Source: Octopus sinensis
Taxonomy: Eukaryota
Direction: 5' to 3'
Assembly (NCBI RefSeq): GCF_006345805.1
Contig: NC_043022.1
Location: forward strand, 18,042,001-18,106,000
Length of the DNA: 64,000 bases
The notes beneath the pieces were generated by a model that saw only the letters and a program-made list of their open reading frames with translations, did not search any database and was not told the DNA's origin. A program made the position numbers and the translations under genes. Below are positions 26,960 through 38,658 of this stretch, piece by piece; position 1 is the first letter of the stretch; every line of letters starts with the position of its first letter.

Positions 26960-27430
26960 TTAGAATCTCTTCTATTGTGTTCACACTATTCCACCCTACA
27001 AACTACTTATCAACGCTATTTTCTCTCTATTTTTCAAGTCCCACCTCATATAATCGTCGCCTGCATATGTTGCTTTATTCTTTTTATTATTTTTACCTGT
27101 TCAACACCTCTCAAGGCGCCTAGTTTCATGGAGATTATTTCGGTTTTCACGCCCCGCTTTCAAGTTCTGGCGACTTGTAGAACTTCACATCTGTGTCGTT
27201 CTTCCATTTCATTTCAAGATCAATAATCGATTGGAGATAAATCATCAGTACTTCGATTAGGAGACGTTTCTTGCTTCGGTGGTGTATGTCAGCAATATCT
27301 AAACAAATAATCCCCGATCGCTCTGTCTGTATGGAATGTTTTATTCCCGATTTGTCACTTTGTCATTCTCTAACACTTCTTCTGTGTTTATGCCATACCT
27401 TTCGTGTTTGTTTTATAATGTTGCCACAAC
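26960..27430 (-). mobile_element. Heavily decayed R4/Dong-like RLE domain
   Basis: EEVLENDKVT, IPYRQ, ADIHHRSKKRLLIEV-like and DLKNREKIAL remnants; many frameshifts. Confidence 0.5.
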
Positions 27431-27849
27431 TAATCTATAAAAAAAGAAAAGCCTGACTCCTGCCATCTCTGTTGACGTCTTCCTTTGTGACTGAAGTCAG
27501 CGCAACCAGAGACAGTATGGACAACAAGGTGTGTTACGACTTCAGTTGTTGACGAAATTAAATCTTTTTTCAGCAAAGTGACACGATCACTGCAAGAGTG
27601 AACTTATATAATTTCGTAATTTTCTGGAGAAATTTCCACTGTGGAGTGTCTCAAATAAAAACCCTTAGTTCTTTGTAATGTAACTTTCTGCTCCCCTAAG
27701 ACAGTCAATACTGAAAGGTAGGTGAAGTTTCGGGGACTGTCGGTAGCACACTGGATCTTGCTTATATTCCATACAAATGACTACAAATATTAGGGAAAGA
27801 GACGGACGGGTAGACTCGTTTGGGTACAGGGTAACATACTTCTAGCTCT

Positions 27850-28000
27850 TTATGTTCCGAATTCAAATAACACCGAAATCGACTTTGCCTTTCCCACGTT
27901 TCAGGGGTGATAAAATAAAGTATCAGCGGAGTACTGGTGGGGGGATCGATGTAATCAACGCACCCTTCCCAATTGCTAGCCTTGGGGCCAAAGCTTGAAA
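27850..28000 (-). mobile_element. SINE family A fragment
   Basis: Reverse-complement match to the family A body. Confidence 0.75.
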
Positions 28001-28398
28001 GAATTATTAATAAATTCAGTTGATGTGTAATGAAGCGAGGAGTCGGGTTCGAAACCACTGAAAATTCTACAAAAAGAAAAAGACTCAGAGTTAAATTGTT
28101 AATGAAAAATTTGAAAGAAGAGAAACCGCAGAAGAATTGAAGGGTTTCTATCGTTGGTAGAATGGCAGGAAATTAGCACAGCTATACATGTATGTATGTT
28201 TGTGTTTCAGTTTGCGTGTATGTATGTATGTTGGAATCAATGTGTGTGTGTAGGTGTGTGCATGTAAAGACGCGAATTGGGGCCCACGAGAATATAGTCG
28301 TACATTCGATTCCTGGAAGGATAGCAAAATGTATCCTTGAGCGAGGCACTTCATTTTACATTGCGATAGTTTAGTTAACTGAAATGTGTGCGTGTGTG

Positions 28399-28430
<32 letters not shown>

Positions 28431-28975
28431 GTGCGTGTGTGTGTGTGTGTACATATATATGTATGTATATAGGAATGTATGAATATAAATATATATTGTG
28501 TATATTCAAGGTCATATTTACCATGATAGGGTCCAAACATACTATCCATCTTGACTGGTTTCCCATAATGCATCTGCTGGTTTAAATCCTCTTGAAACGG
28601 AGCCAAACTTGTATACACATCGCTGTTTCTTACGGCCGAAGAAATTTCTACGTCCGTAGTTTTAAAAACATTTTTGTTAGCCATAAGTATCCAAGCACAT
28701 TATATATATGTATGTATGTATATATATAATTTATAGTAAGTCAGAGTGTATATACTTATGTGTGTGTGTGGTATCCATTTCAGTGTGTGTGCCGTAACTA
28801 CTAAATGTGAAGTTTAACAAAGTTACATTTTCTGAATAATAAATCAGTTTTTAAAACTTAATATAAAAAAAATGAGTCGAAAAAAATATGAATGAGAAAG
28901 AGGGAGGGAGAGAGAAAGAGAGGCAGCCTAGAATAAAATGAGGTTTTATGAGCATTTATAACTACAATATATTAG

Positions 28976-28996
28976 ACAGGTAGATAGGTAGGTAGG

Positions 28997-29039
<43 letters not shown>

Positions 29040-29064
29040 GTAGGTAGATAGGTAGATAGGTAGG

Positions 29065-29108
<44 letters not shown>

Positions 29109-29109
29109 G

Positions 29110-29205
<96 letters not shown>
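28976..29205. repeat. (GATA)n/(GGTA)n microsatellite
   Basis: Direct reading. Confidence 0.95.
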
Positions 29206-29447
29206 TATATAATTGTTCTTAGAATTACACTCATTTCTCTTTTCTAGTTTTTCTTCTTTTCTGAAAATTATTTTGTTTGTGCGTGTATTGTATGGGAGTA
29301 TATGTGTTTATACATGCAAGTATATGTGTGTGTGTGTGTGACAGAGAGAGTAAGTTTTTATTTGTGCCTGACTATATACACACATATTTGCTGAATCATA
29401 CACATGCATACATTTAAAGACAAAATTGCCTATTTTATATATATATA

Positions 29448-29463
29448 CGCACACAATACACCT

Positions 29464-29522
<59 letters not shown>

Positions 29523-29531
29523 AATACACCT

Positions 29532-29562
<31 letters not shown>

Positions 29563-29594
29563 CAACACAAAATACACCTGTTTTATAATATATA

Positions 29595-29642
<48 letters not shown>

Positions 29643-29707
29643 CACACCACACACAAATACACCTGTTATATATATGCACACACACAAATACACCCGTTTA
29701 TATATAT

Positions 29708-29762
<55 letters not shown>

Positions 29763-29765
29763 TAT
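29448..29765. repeat. Minisatellite: five cores ca(a)aatacac(c)tgtt separated by variable (TA)n
   Basis: Cores at about 29452, 29517, 29565, 29650 and 29679. Confidence 0.85.
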
Positions 29766-29784
29766 ATGTATGTATACACTATAC

Positions 29785-30125
29785 GTATTGATAAAAATGG
29801 TAAGACGACAAAAGAAAGAAAAAGACTTCGATATTATGTAAATAGAAGAATTTATCTGTAAATGTAATATATGACAATTATTCGGTAGCCGTAATAAAAC
29901 TCCGAGTTTTGGATGCCGAGGTGGAAATCCACGCCGCCATCTCTTCAGTTATTCGGCCATCGGAAAGAAAATCGTCCTTGTAGTATAAGGCGACTACAGC
30001 TGAGAGTAGTAGTACAGGCGGCTGGGCCGGATAACTGAAGAGATGGTGGCGTGGATTACCACCTCGGCATCCGAAACTCGGAGATATGGCCACCGAATAA
30101 TTGTCACACATTACATTTACAGGTA
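29785..30125. mobile_element. Fold-back element with a hammerhead-like motif in each arm (family H1, copy 1)
   Basis: Inverted arms about 29855-29958 and 30024-30125 around a 65-nt spacer; same family as 43684-43962. Confidence 0.8.
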
Positions 30126-30149
30126 CACTATGCGTATATATATATATAT

Positions 30150-30310
30150 ATAGTTGAAATTTACGGGAAAAAAAATACGAAGACATGTGTATAAACCATA
30201 GACAGATATATTAGTTTAACGCTCGTGAAGGTGAGAAAGTCGTTTACGTTTCGAGCCTACGCTCTTCAACAGAAAGGAACACGAGGAAATAAACAGAGGG
30301 AGAATAAAAA
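30150..30310 (-). mobile_element. Short dispersed repeat with hammerhead-like motif (family H2, copy 1)
   Basis: Aligns with 56712-56830; minus strand cttt-ctgttga-a-gagc-gtag-gctc-gaaa-cgt-a. Confidence 0.6.
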
Positions 30311-31004
30311 TGTATTGAGTTATTAATGCATCAGCTTCTGACATCAAATCCCACCTCTCACTCACATATGCAATTTCACCCATTTGAGATCGGTAAATAC
30401 CAATCAAGAACTGAGATCGATTTTGATCGTCTGTTGCCCGCCTTTTTTTATTCCCATGATTACCCATGGTTATATGCCTGTCTGCATGTGAGTGTACATA
30501 TATATATAGACACACACATATACATACTATGCATACACATTTATACATATATTTGATATATGTATATTTTATGTACACATGCATACACATATGCACTCAT
30601 ATATACACATACACACACATACATGATATATATGCACATAAACACACACAGAGACACTGTCAGAGAGACAGGTGGATTGCAAGCTAACCCACATAGTTTG
30701 CGTGTGAAGTATTAGTAATTTCGTCTCCGAGCCCGTCAGAAAACGTTTGAGACGCAAGTTAGGGGAACCATTGGTCTTGGCTTGTGTTTCGTTTAAAAAG
30801 CGATTGCTATTTTCTTTTCCTGGAAAAAAGGATTAAGGGCCACTTATTTGTTGAACGGTGCTCAACCATCCATGAAACAAATCAGAATAATTTCCGTTTA
30901 TCGTTTTTTTTTTTTGTGGGTAAAGAGAATAACATGACATGTTCACATCGGCCGCTTTCTGAAGGCGGAGGCGTTGTAAACTGTTGCTTAACTATATGAA
31001 ATGT

Positions 31005-31064
31005 TTCGTGTGTGTGTATATATATATATTTATACGTATACGTGTGTATATGTATATATATAAG

Positions 31065-31097
<33 letters not shown>

Positions 31098-31400
31098 ATG
31101 TATATACATATATATGTATATATATGTATACATATATATGTGTGTGTATATATATATATTTATACGTATACGTGTGTATATGTATATATATATGTGTGTG
31201 TGTGTGTGTATGTATATACATATATATGTATATATATGTATACATATATATGTGTGTGTATATATATATACGTATATATATGTACATATACATGTGTGTA
31301 TATGTATATATATATGTGTGTGTGTATATATGTATATGTATATATGTATGTATATATATATATATGTATATAGATATGTATGTGTGTGTATATATATATA
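31005..31400. repeat. TA/TG compound minisatellite with a duplicated block
   Basis: tttatacgtatacgtgtgtatatg at about 31029 and 31158. Confidence 0.9.
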
Positions 31401-31867
31401 TATGGTGGGGAAGACGTAGTGACAGAGAGAGAGAGCGCGATTATTTGAGTGATCTTACAGAACATAACATGTTTCAGTGAATAACTACAATCATAACATT
31501 TAATTTGTAAATTGTCTGACAAATCATCGTACAACAACAACAACAGCAACAACAACCACCACCACTTGTATTGGTCGGTTGGCAAACATTGGTGCTGTGT
31601 GAGTGCGGCTATGATTTAAATGAATATACTTCAGGCTCGGTGTGTATGCATGTGTACGTTTCCAATGTATGTGTGCCTGATTATATGATCCTGTTTATGG
31701 TTTGTATGTGACTGTGTGTATGTGCATGCATGTGTGTGTGTGTGTCTCTCTCTCTATATATATATATATTATTTAAGCCCATGTGCATGCATGCATATTG
31801 TGTGTGTGTGTGTGTGTATTTATGCAACTATGTGGTTTTCATGCGTTGAATTAGTGCATCATTGCGT

Positions 31868-32145
31868 AGTTGGTAGACGGAAACTGAAAGAAGCTTGTCG
31901 TATATATGTGTGCGTGGGCGCGCATGTACGTATCTCTGTGTCTGTGTTTGTCCCCCATCACCGCTTGACAACTGACGCTGGTGTATTTACATCCCCATAA
32001 CATAGCGTTTCGGCAAAATAGATTGATAGAATAAGTACCAGGCTTTAAAAAAGTTCTAGGGTTGATTTGTTCGATTAAAAACCCTTCAAGGCAGTGTTCC
32101 AGCATGGCCGCAGTCAAATGACTGAAACAATTAAAAGATAAAAGA
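31868..32145 (+). mobile_element. SINE family B, 3' two-thirds
   Basis: ggtagacggaaactgaaagaag ... ggcagtgttccagcatggccgcagtcaaatgactgaaac tail. Confidence 0.85.
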
Positions 32146-32179
32146 TATATATGTATATATGCATGCATATATACTTATG

Positions 32180-32816
32180 TCGAGTGCTACTGGTAACATG
32201 TAATCGAGTACAACCTGTTGCATGGTCGGGCCGTCGGCGTCTAAACGGCAACCCCACCAAGCTTGCTTGGTGAGGAGGGTGTTTATTGGACACCCTGCGG
32301 GATAAAAAACAAAACCCGTCCAAGGGCGGAGGAACTCTTGAGAGTCAACGGCCATCCAATAAATGTCTTAAGGCTGTATCATGCGCATGGACATAGAAAT
32401 AATCGGACTGAATACCCGATCGCACGGTTAAATCATTGGGAGTGAAGGACTCCTAGCCCTTGTTAGGGCATCCTTCTAGGAGAAGGTAACTCAGGAAACT
32501 GGGATAACTCCGATGTAAAACCTGCGGCTCAGTGGTTACCGATGATGTTGACTTGTTCTTCTTTTCGGATTATGGCTGCTGTTGCTTAGTGAGTGGGGAT
32601 TAACTCAGTGCACAGCCTTTCCTCACTTTAAAAAAAATCTTCTTGCACAGGCATTGCACGATAACATTGTTCATGATTGTTGATAGTGCTGTGAGTCTCA
32701 ACTGAATTGCTGGCTGTAGCCTTAAAAAGCAAATAAAAGTCACGTTCGATCTCAGCACCAATAACAGTTAAGCTTCGTGCAATGACCATACTCGATAACG
32801 AGGGGGCAGCCACCAT
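32180..32816 (+). mobile_element. Non-coding interspersed element, copy 2
   Basis: Matches 18283-18834, with about 90 extra bases inside the 3' hairpin loop. Confidence 0.7.
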
Positions 32817-32841
32817 GTATGTATGTATGTATGTGTGTATG

Positions 32842-32877
<36 letters not shown>

Positions 32878-32977
32878 AGTACGTACGTACGTATGTATCA
32901 TTAAACGTCCATTTTTCATGGTGGTATAGGTTAGATACACACACATCAATATATATATATATATATATATATATTAA

Positions 32978-33039
<62 letters not shown>

Positions 33040-33069
33040 TATATATATTATATATATATATATATATAG

Positions 33070-34166
33070 CTCCGAAATTTCGGCATATTTGGAAAACCTG
33101 GAGAATGGCTGAATGGCTTTCTAAAAAATACAAGTCAGGTGGTGGTGGTGGTGAATGGAGCCACCTCCAAGAAACAAAAATAATGAGTGGTGTTCCACGG
33201 GGCACTGTCCCTGGGCCTCTGCTATTCATAATGGCCCTCTCTGACATGCCCTCAGCTGCTCATCTAGCTACCCTTGCTAGCTATGCAGACGATATGAAAG
33301 TCTTAGAACCTTGGAGACGTTGTGCATCTGCAACGTGAGTTGGACGCAATATACAGGTGGGCCGAGGAAAATTAACATGCAGCTTAATGCTGGAAAATTC
33401 CAAACCCTGCGCTGCCAACACAGGAAGCTCAGGGAAAAGCAGATACGAAACACAGGCCCAGGAATCAAAATCAATTCGTGACCTGGGCATCGACATGAGT
33501 GGTGATGCATCTTTTCAAGTGCACATTATTAAATTGGCAATAAAATGCAGACGTCTGACCGGATGAATCCTTCGAACTTTCAAAACAAGAGAAAAGGAAA
33601 CCATGATGGTCCTTTGGAGGACGTTCGTTCTCAGCCGTCTGGATTACTGCTTCCAACTGTGGTCACCAAACAGTGTAAAATTAACGACGGAACTCGAGAC
33701 GATCCAGCGAAGCTATACAAGCAAGATCGATGCAAGGCGACGTATCTGCTAATGGGAGAAACTGAAAGAGTTAAGACTCCACGCACTGAAGCAAAGGTGG
33801 GAAAGATATGCAATAATATACATGTGGAAAATCTTAGAGAAACTTGTTCCAAACTTTGGCATTGTCACTCACACAAACAGCAGGACGGGGCCAGATACTG
33901 CAACACTTTGGGCTTCAAAGAACCACAGCTCTTCAATGTCTTCCCACAAAGCCTGAGAAACCTCCATGGTATGGACGTGGGCTTTTTCAAAACAGAACTA
34001 GATCTCCTTCTGTCAAGAGTTCCTCTGTGCAAGAAACACAAATGAGGGCAGCAACGTCAAACTCCCTCATCCACCAAATGTCACATATGGGAGGAGGTTT
34101 AGGGAAAGTAAATGGCAGTGCCCTAGCATGGCTGCAGTCCTTGGACTGAAACAAAAAAGAAAAAGA
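33070..34166 (+). mobile_element. CR1-like LINE (second subfamily), 5'-truncated and frameshifted
   Basis: SGVPRGTVPGPLLFIMALSDMP...SYADDMKV; IRDLGIDMSGDASF; SRLDYCFQLWSP; GFKEPQLFNVFPQSLRNL. Confidence 0.9.
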
Positions 34167-34192
34167 AGTGTGTGTGTGTGTGTGTGTGTGTG

Positions 34193-34460
34193 AAGGTGTG
34201 TGGCTTAGTGGTCAGGGTGTTACTCTCATGATCGCGAGATCGTAGGTTCGATTTTCGGACAAGTCGACGCGTTGTGTTCTTCAGCAAAACACTTCATTTC
34301 TCATTGTTCCAGCCCAGTCCACTCAGCTGTAAATGGTTAACCGCACGACGGAATAGCCTTCGAATATTGGCCTGCTCGCCTCAGCCATCAGGGTGGCATT
34401 GCGAAGCGCATTGTGACTAGCGATGTATTACAACATCCAGCAGTCTGGTCAATCATGTGA
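34193..34460 (+). mobile_element. tRNA-derived SINE family C (decayed)
   Basis: tggcttagtggtcaggg A box, gtaggttcgatt B box, ttcagcaaaacacttcatttc core; related to 53660-53995 and 55135-55270. Confidence 0.7.
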
Positions 34461-35431
34461 TTTATATATAAATGTGTGTGTGTATGTTGTATTTGGCGAG
34501 CATGTATTACCGAGTTATAAATATCGACAACAAAACCGAGAAGCCGACGTTTTATGAACTAACTTCCTTGATATATTTGTTCTGCCCCGAACATTACACT
34601 TCCCTGGTTATTTATGCCGCGTGAAATTCAATCGAATTTCCTTCGAGGAAAATACTTGTAACAAACGACGCTCTCGTTCACAATTTGCCAGATAAAATAA
34701 ATAAATAAAATAAAATAAATGAATCTGAAGAAGAAGAAGAAGAAGAAGAAGAAGAAACGCTCCAACGTCGGCGTAAAGAGAATCGTTAAGATGAACAACA
34801 AAGGAATCAGCAGCAGGAGTCACGAGTCAAAGACTCGTGGTTTAGACGAGCGATGGACTTGCATGAGATGGAGATTGGATAGATATAAAAGATTGCTTGT
34901 AAAGGGATGGTGGGGTGGGGTGGGGTGAGTGTCTGTTGTAATCGTTATAATGTCTTTACATGGAACTGAAAGGTCGACCAACAGACAGACACACCTCAAA
35001 AAGTCGCAATGTCAACGACAAAAGAGGAGTCGTAGCTAAACGACATAATTAAGTTCTCACTTGAAAGTGGTGACGGGGGAATGAAATGGCGCGGCGGCGG
35101 CGGTGGTGGTGGTGGTGGTGGATGGGGAGGGGGGGACTACATCAGAAGGCAGCCAATCAAAATGTCGTTTGAACACGAGTTACAACCAGCAAACAATGTT
35201 TAAGTCTGCCATAAAGAATAGAACAGCAGCTGATGTGAGGCTGCAACACACACACACACACACACACGCGCCGTGATACGATGGTTAGAGACTGCATCAG
35301 ATCACGGCGAACATAGAGTGGCCAACCTCCCCTCCCACACACACACACACACAGCCACTTGAGCTACAAGAACATTTATCAAATGTTGGAGTATGTTTCA
35401 CAAGAGAGTAACAGAGAACAAAATGACTTAC

Positions 35432-35548
35432 TTGGCAGGTTTTGTCACATAAAAATGAGGCGATTTACAAGGCATTTTGGTGGAGTTCATCTTTTGGTAA
35501 ATGTGTGAGATTTGGGAAGAGAAGGAACGAAGAATGTCATTTTCGACG
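35432..35548 (-). CDS. Candidate 117-nt symmetric (phase 2-2) exon of an unidentified minus-strand transcript
   Basis: Acceptor gatttctttctttgctttcctttcag|, donor ccaa|gtaagtc; one open frame VENDILRSFSSQISHIYQKMNSTKMPCKSPHFYVTKPA; could equally be UTR or lncRNA. Confidence 0.45.
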
Positions 35549-35894
35549 CTGAAAGGAAAGCAAAGAAAGAAATCAATGTAGACAGAAGTGGGAGATTTCG
35601 TTGATTAAGGTTAAGTCTGTTGGAACACCTGGATAGGACGGCTGTCGTTAACAGCAAAGAAGAGCAATTCGTGTGTGTGTGTGTGTGTGTGTGTGGAGAG
35701 AGGAGAGAGGTGTGTGTAGTTGTGTGTGTGTGTGGATATATGTGGAGATGTATGTGTATAGGTGAGTGTCTGTATGTGAGTAGATGGGCATTAATATCGT
35801 AATATCTTATTTATTATTTTTTTTAGGTCTCGTACTTATTTTATTGGTCTTTTTTGCCAAACGACTAAGTTACGCGAAAGTAGACAAGCCAACA

Positions 35895-35932
35895 TCTGGT
35901 AGCCAAGCGGTGATGGGTTCAAACACAAAGAT

Positions 35933-35979
<47 letters not shown>

Positions 35980-36140
35980 AGCGATGGCTTCCACACAATT
36001 TCCGCCTACCAAATCCACTCACAAGACTTTAACCGACCTGGGGCTATAGTAGAAGACACTTGATTGAGGTGCCGTACAGTGGGACTGACCCACAAACCAT
36101 GTGAGTGGGAAAGAAACTTCTTAACCACACAGCCATTCCT
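35895..36140 (-). mobile_element. SINE family B (decayed)
   Basis: Reverse-complement match to family B. Confidence 0.75.
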
Positions 36141-36802
36141 GCGCCGAATGACTTGATTTTTCACACCAAACCTTAAATACTCCACTGATTTTATTAGCCA
36201 AAAACACAATGTACTGCAGATATTAATTGATTGATCAATTTAATTAGCACATACACTCTCATGCAAATTAGGATGCCCCATTTCGTGAGTCCCCTTTTTT
36301 CTCAGTCATTAGACTGCGAACGAAAGATATCGTTGTAGAAAGTTAGTAAGCTTCGAACATGTATACATCGAGTGTAGATGAGTAAAGATGGACAATATAG
36401 GATAAAAAGAGTTTAATAGCCGTCATCGATTACCTCGTCCCATATTGTAATCAAAGGAAATTTAGATAAGCTGACGGTCAGCGTACAACTGACGGTTGAG
36501 CAAGCAAAGTTACTAAAAGTGCGAATAAGAATCTGAGAATGTAAGCAATGGAAAATATAAATGAAGACGACGAGGTTTCCAGTGAGAGACCGTCGTAAGC
36601 GCCACAACTTAAAAACCGAGACAAACGCAAAGTTTCGCGACTTTTAGAATGCGATATCCCGGCAAGAGATGAAGTTAGGAAGCTGGTTTTGGTCTAAAAA
36701 TGACCGTGAAGACCTCCTTTAATCATTCCACCTATATAAAATTATTTATTTATGTATGCATCTGAAAGCTGAAACAATGACTGCGTCTTTCTCATTTTGT
36801 AG

Positions 36803-36905
36803 ACTATACCGGTACTACGAAACGGTGTCTCGCATTGCACATTTTAGCCAGAAAAAACATACAGGGACCCCACCAAAGACATTGCTTGTATTTTAATATA
36901 CCAAG
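36803..36905 (+). other. Candidate 103-nt exon and/or decayed GIY-YIG remnant
   Basis: tctttctcattttgtag| and ccaag|gtgagt; open frame (D)YTGTTKRCLALHILARKNIQGPHQRHCLYFNIP resembles the YxGxTxRxL motif. Confidence 0.3.
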
Positions 36906-37392
36906 GTGAGTTTCTCTAAGAAGTAAGACAAGATAGTAAGATAATAACTTATCGTTACGATGGTAACGAAGAATATTAGAAAATGAGCTATAACACCTCG
37001 AAAAACAATACAGGGACCAAAGTTATTGACTGATCATGTGTGCTTACGATGGTGTGTTACTAAACTCTCTGGTCCTAGTTTGGGTCAGCGAGCATCGTGT
37101 CAATAGCGTCGAGGTACAATTTTGTTTTCAGCCAGATTTTCGACCTTATTGCAAGCCTCACCAGTTCTTCCTCGCACCTTTTTCGGATTCTAGACGTTGA
37201 GACAAAGGAAATGATACACTAACCTCGAAAATGGCCGGGCAGGTGTTTGCGACACTCTGCTACTAAACGCCTGTTTCATTGCTAAAACAATGTTACATAA
37301 CTTGTGACATTGTTTTAGCTATGAAATATTTGTAGTCTTCACTTCTCCATTCTTTATATTTTCAGACACACGCGCGCAGACGCACTCACTCG

Positions 37393-37433
<41 letters not shown>

Positions 37434-37598
37434 TTATTCATCGAAAAATACAGAATACGTCTAAATATAAACACATAACCAGCTTTGATCTCTATACATA
37501 TTTTAATTTATGATCACATACCTATCACTGTACATATTTCATCTCACTACTTTAGCTACGGAGTTTTTGTATATATATATAAATATATAGATAGATAG

Positions 37599-37650
<52 letters not shown>

Positions 37651-37928
37651 GTATTTACCCCCTCCCCGAAAGATGAGCAATTACCACCCCTGTCCCCAAT
37701 AATAACGATCACCAATTACGTCCCTTAGATTTTTCTACTTGTTAATCATTCATTCACAAACTTCTCCAAATACAACATGGACTAAAATCTTAACAAAATA
37801 CGAAATTACAATAATTTCAATGGTATGATGAGTGAAAGCAAAACCGGTCGACAAATACAATATTCTTTCACTAATAAAATATATTAAAACATATATTAAA
37901 ACTATGTAAACTGTGTGCAGTTTGCTTC

Positions 37929-37971
<43 letters not shown>

Positions 37972-38124
37972 CACACACACATACATATATATATGAGGCG
38001 CAGGAGTGAGTGTGTGGTACAAAGCTTACGTCCCAACCACGTGGTGCCGGGTTCAGTCCCACTGCATATGCCTTCTACTATAGCCTCGAGCCGTCGTATA
38101 TACAATGTGTGTGTGTGTTTGTTG

Positions 38125-38640
38125 AAAGGAAAAGTCGACCTCGGTGGAATTTGAACTTAGAACGTAAAGACAGACGATGTACCGCTAAGTATTTCGCCCG
38201 GCGTGCTAACGTTTCTCATTTCTTTACTGCCCACAAGGGGCTACACACAGAGGGGACAAACAAGGACAGACAAACGGATTAAGTCGATTATATCGACCCC
38301 AGTGCGTAACTGGTACTTATTTAATCGACCCCGAAAGGATGAAAGGCAAGGTTGACCTCTCTGCGGAATTTGAACTCAGAACGTAGCGGCAGACGAAATA
38401 CCTATTTCTTTACTACCCACAAGGGGTTAACACAGACAAATAGATTAAGCATTTCGCCCAGCGTGCTGACGTTTCTTATTTCTTTACTGCCCACAAGGGG
38501 CTACACACAGAGGGGACAAACAAGGACAGACAAATAGATTAAGTCGATTATATCGACCCCAGTGCGTAACTGGTACTTATTTAATCGACCCCGAAAGCAT
38601 TTCGCCCGGCGTGCTAACGTTTCTGCCAGCTCGCCGCCTT
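38125..38640 (-). mobile_element. Scrambled multimer of SINE family A
   Basis: Block 38220-38338 repeated at about 38478-38597, plus partial units joined tail-to-head. Confidence 0.85.
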
Positions 38641-38658
38641 CCACACACACACACATTG

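Noticed and set aside
28500-28690. Protein-like ORF start MANKNVFKTTDVEISS... with a donor at about 28517
   Set aside because: No homology recognised, no acceptor or promoter evidence; length compatible with chance.
34700-35200. CpG-containing stretch with CCAAT, possible promoter
   Set aside because: No transcript or TSS evidence; motifs expected by chance.
35422-35440. Match to the U1 snRNA 5' end (acttacttggcagg)
   Set aside because: No further U1 similarity; it is the reverse complement of a splice donor.
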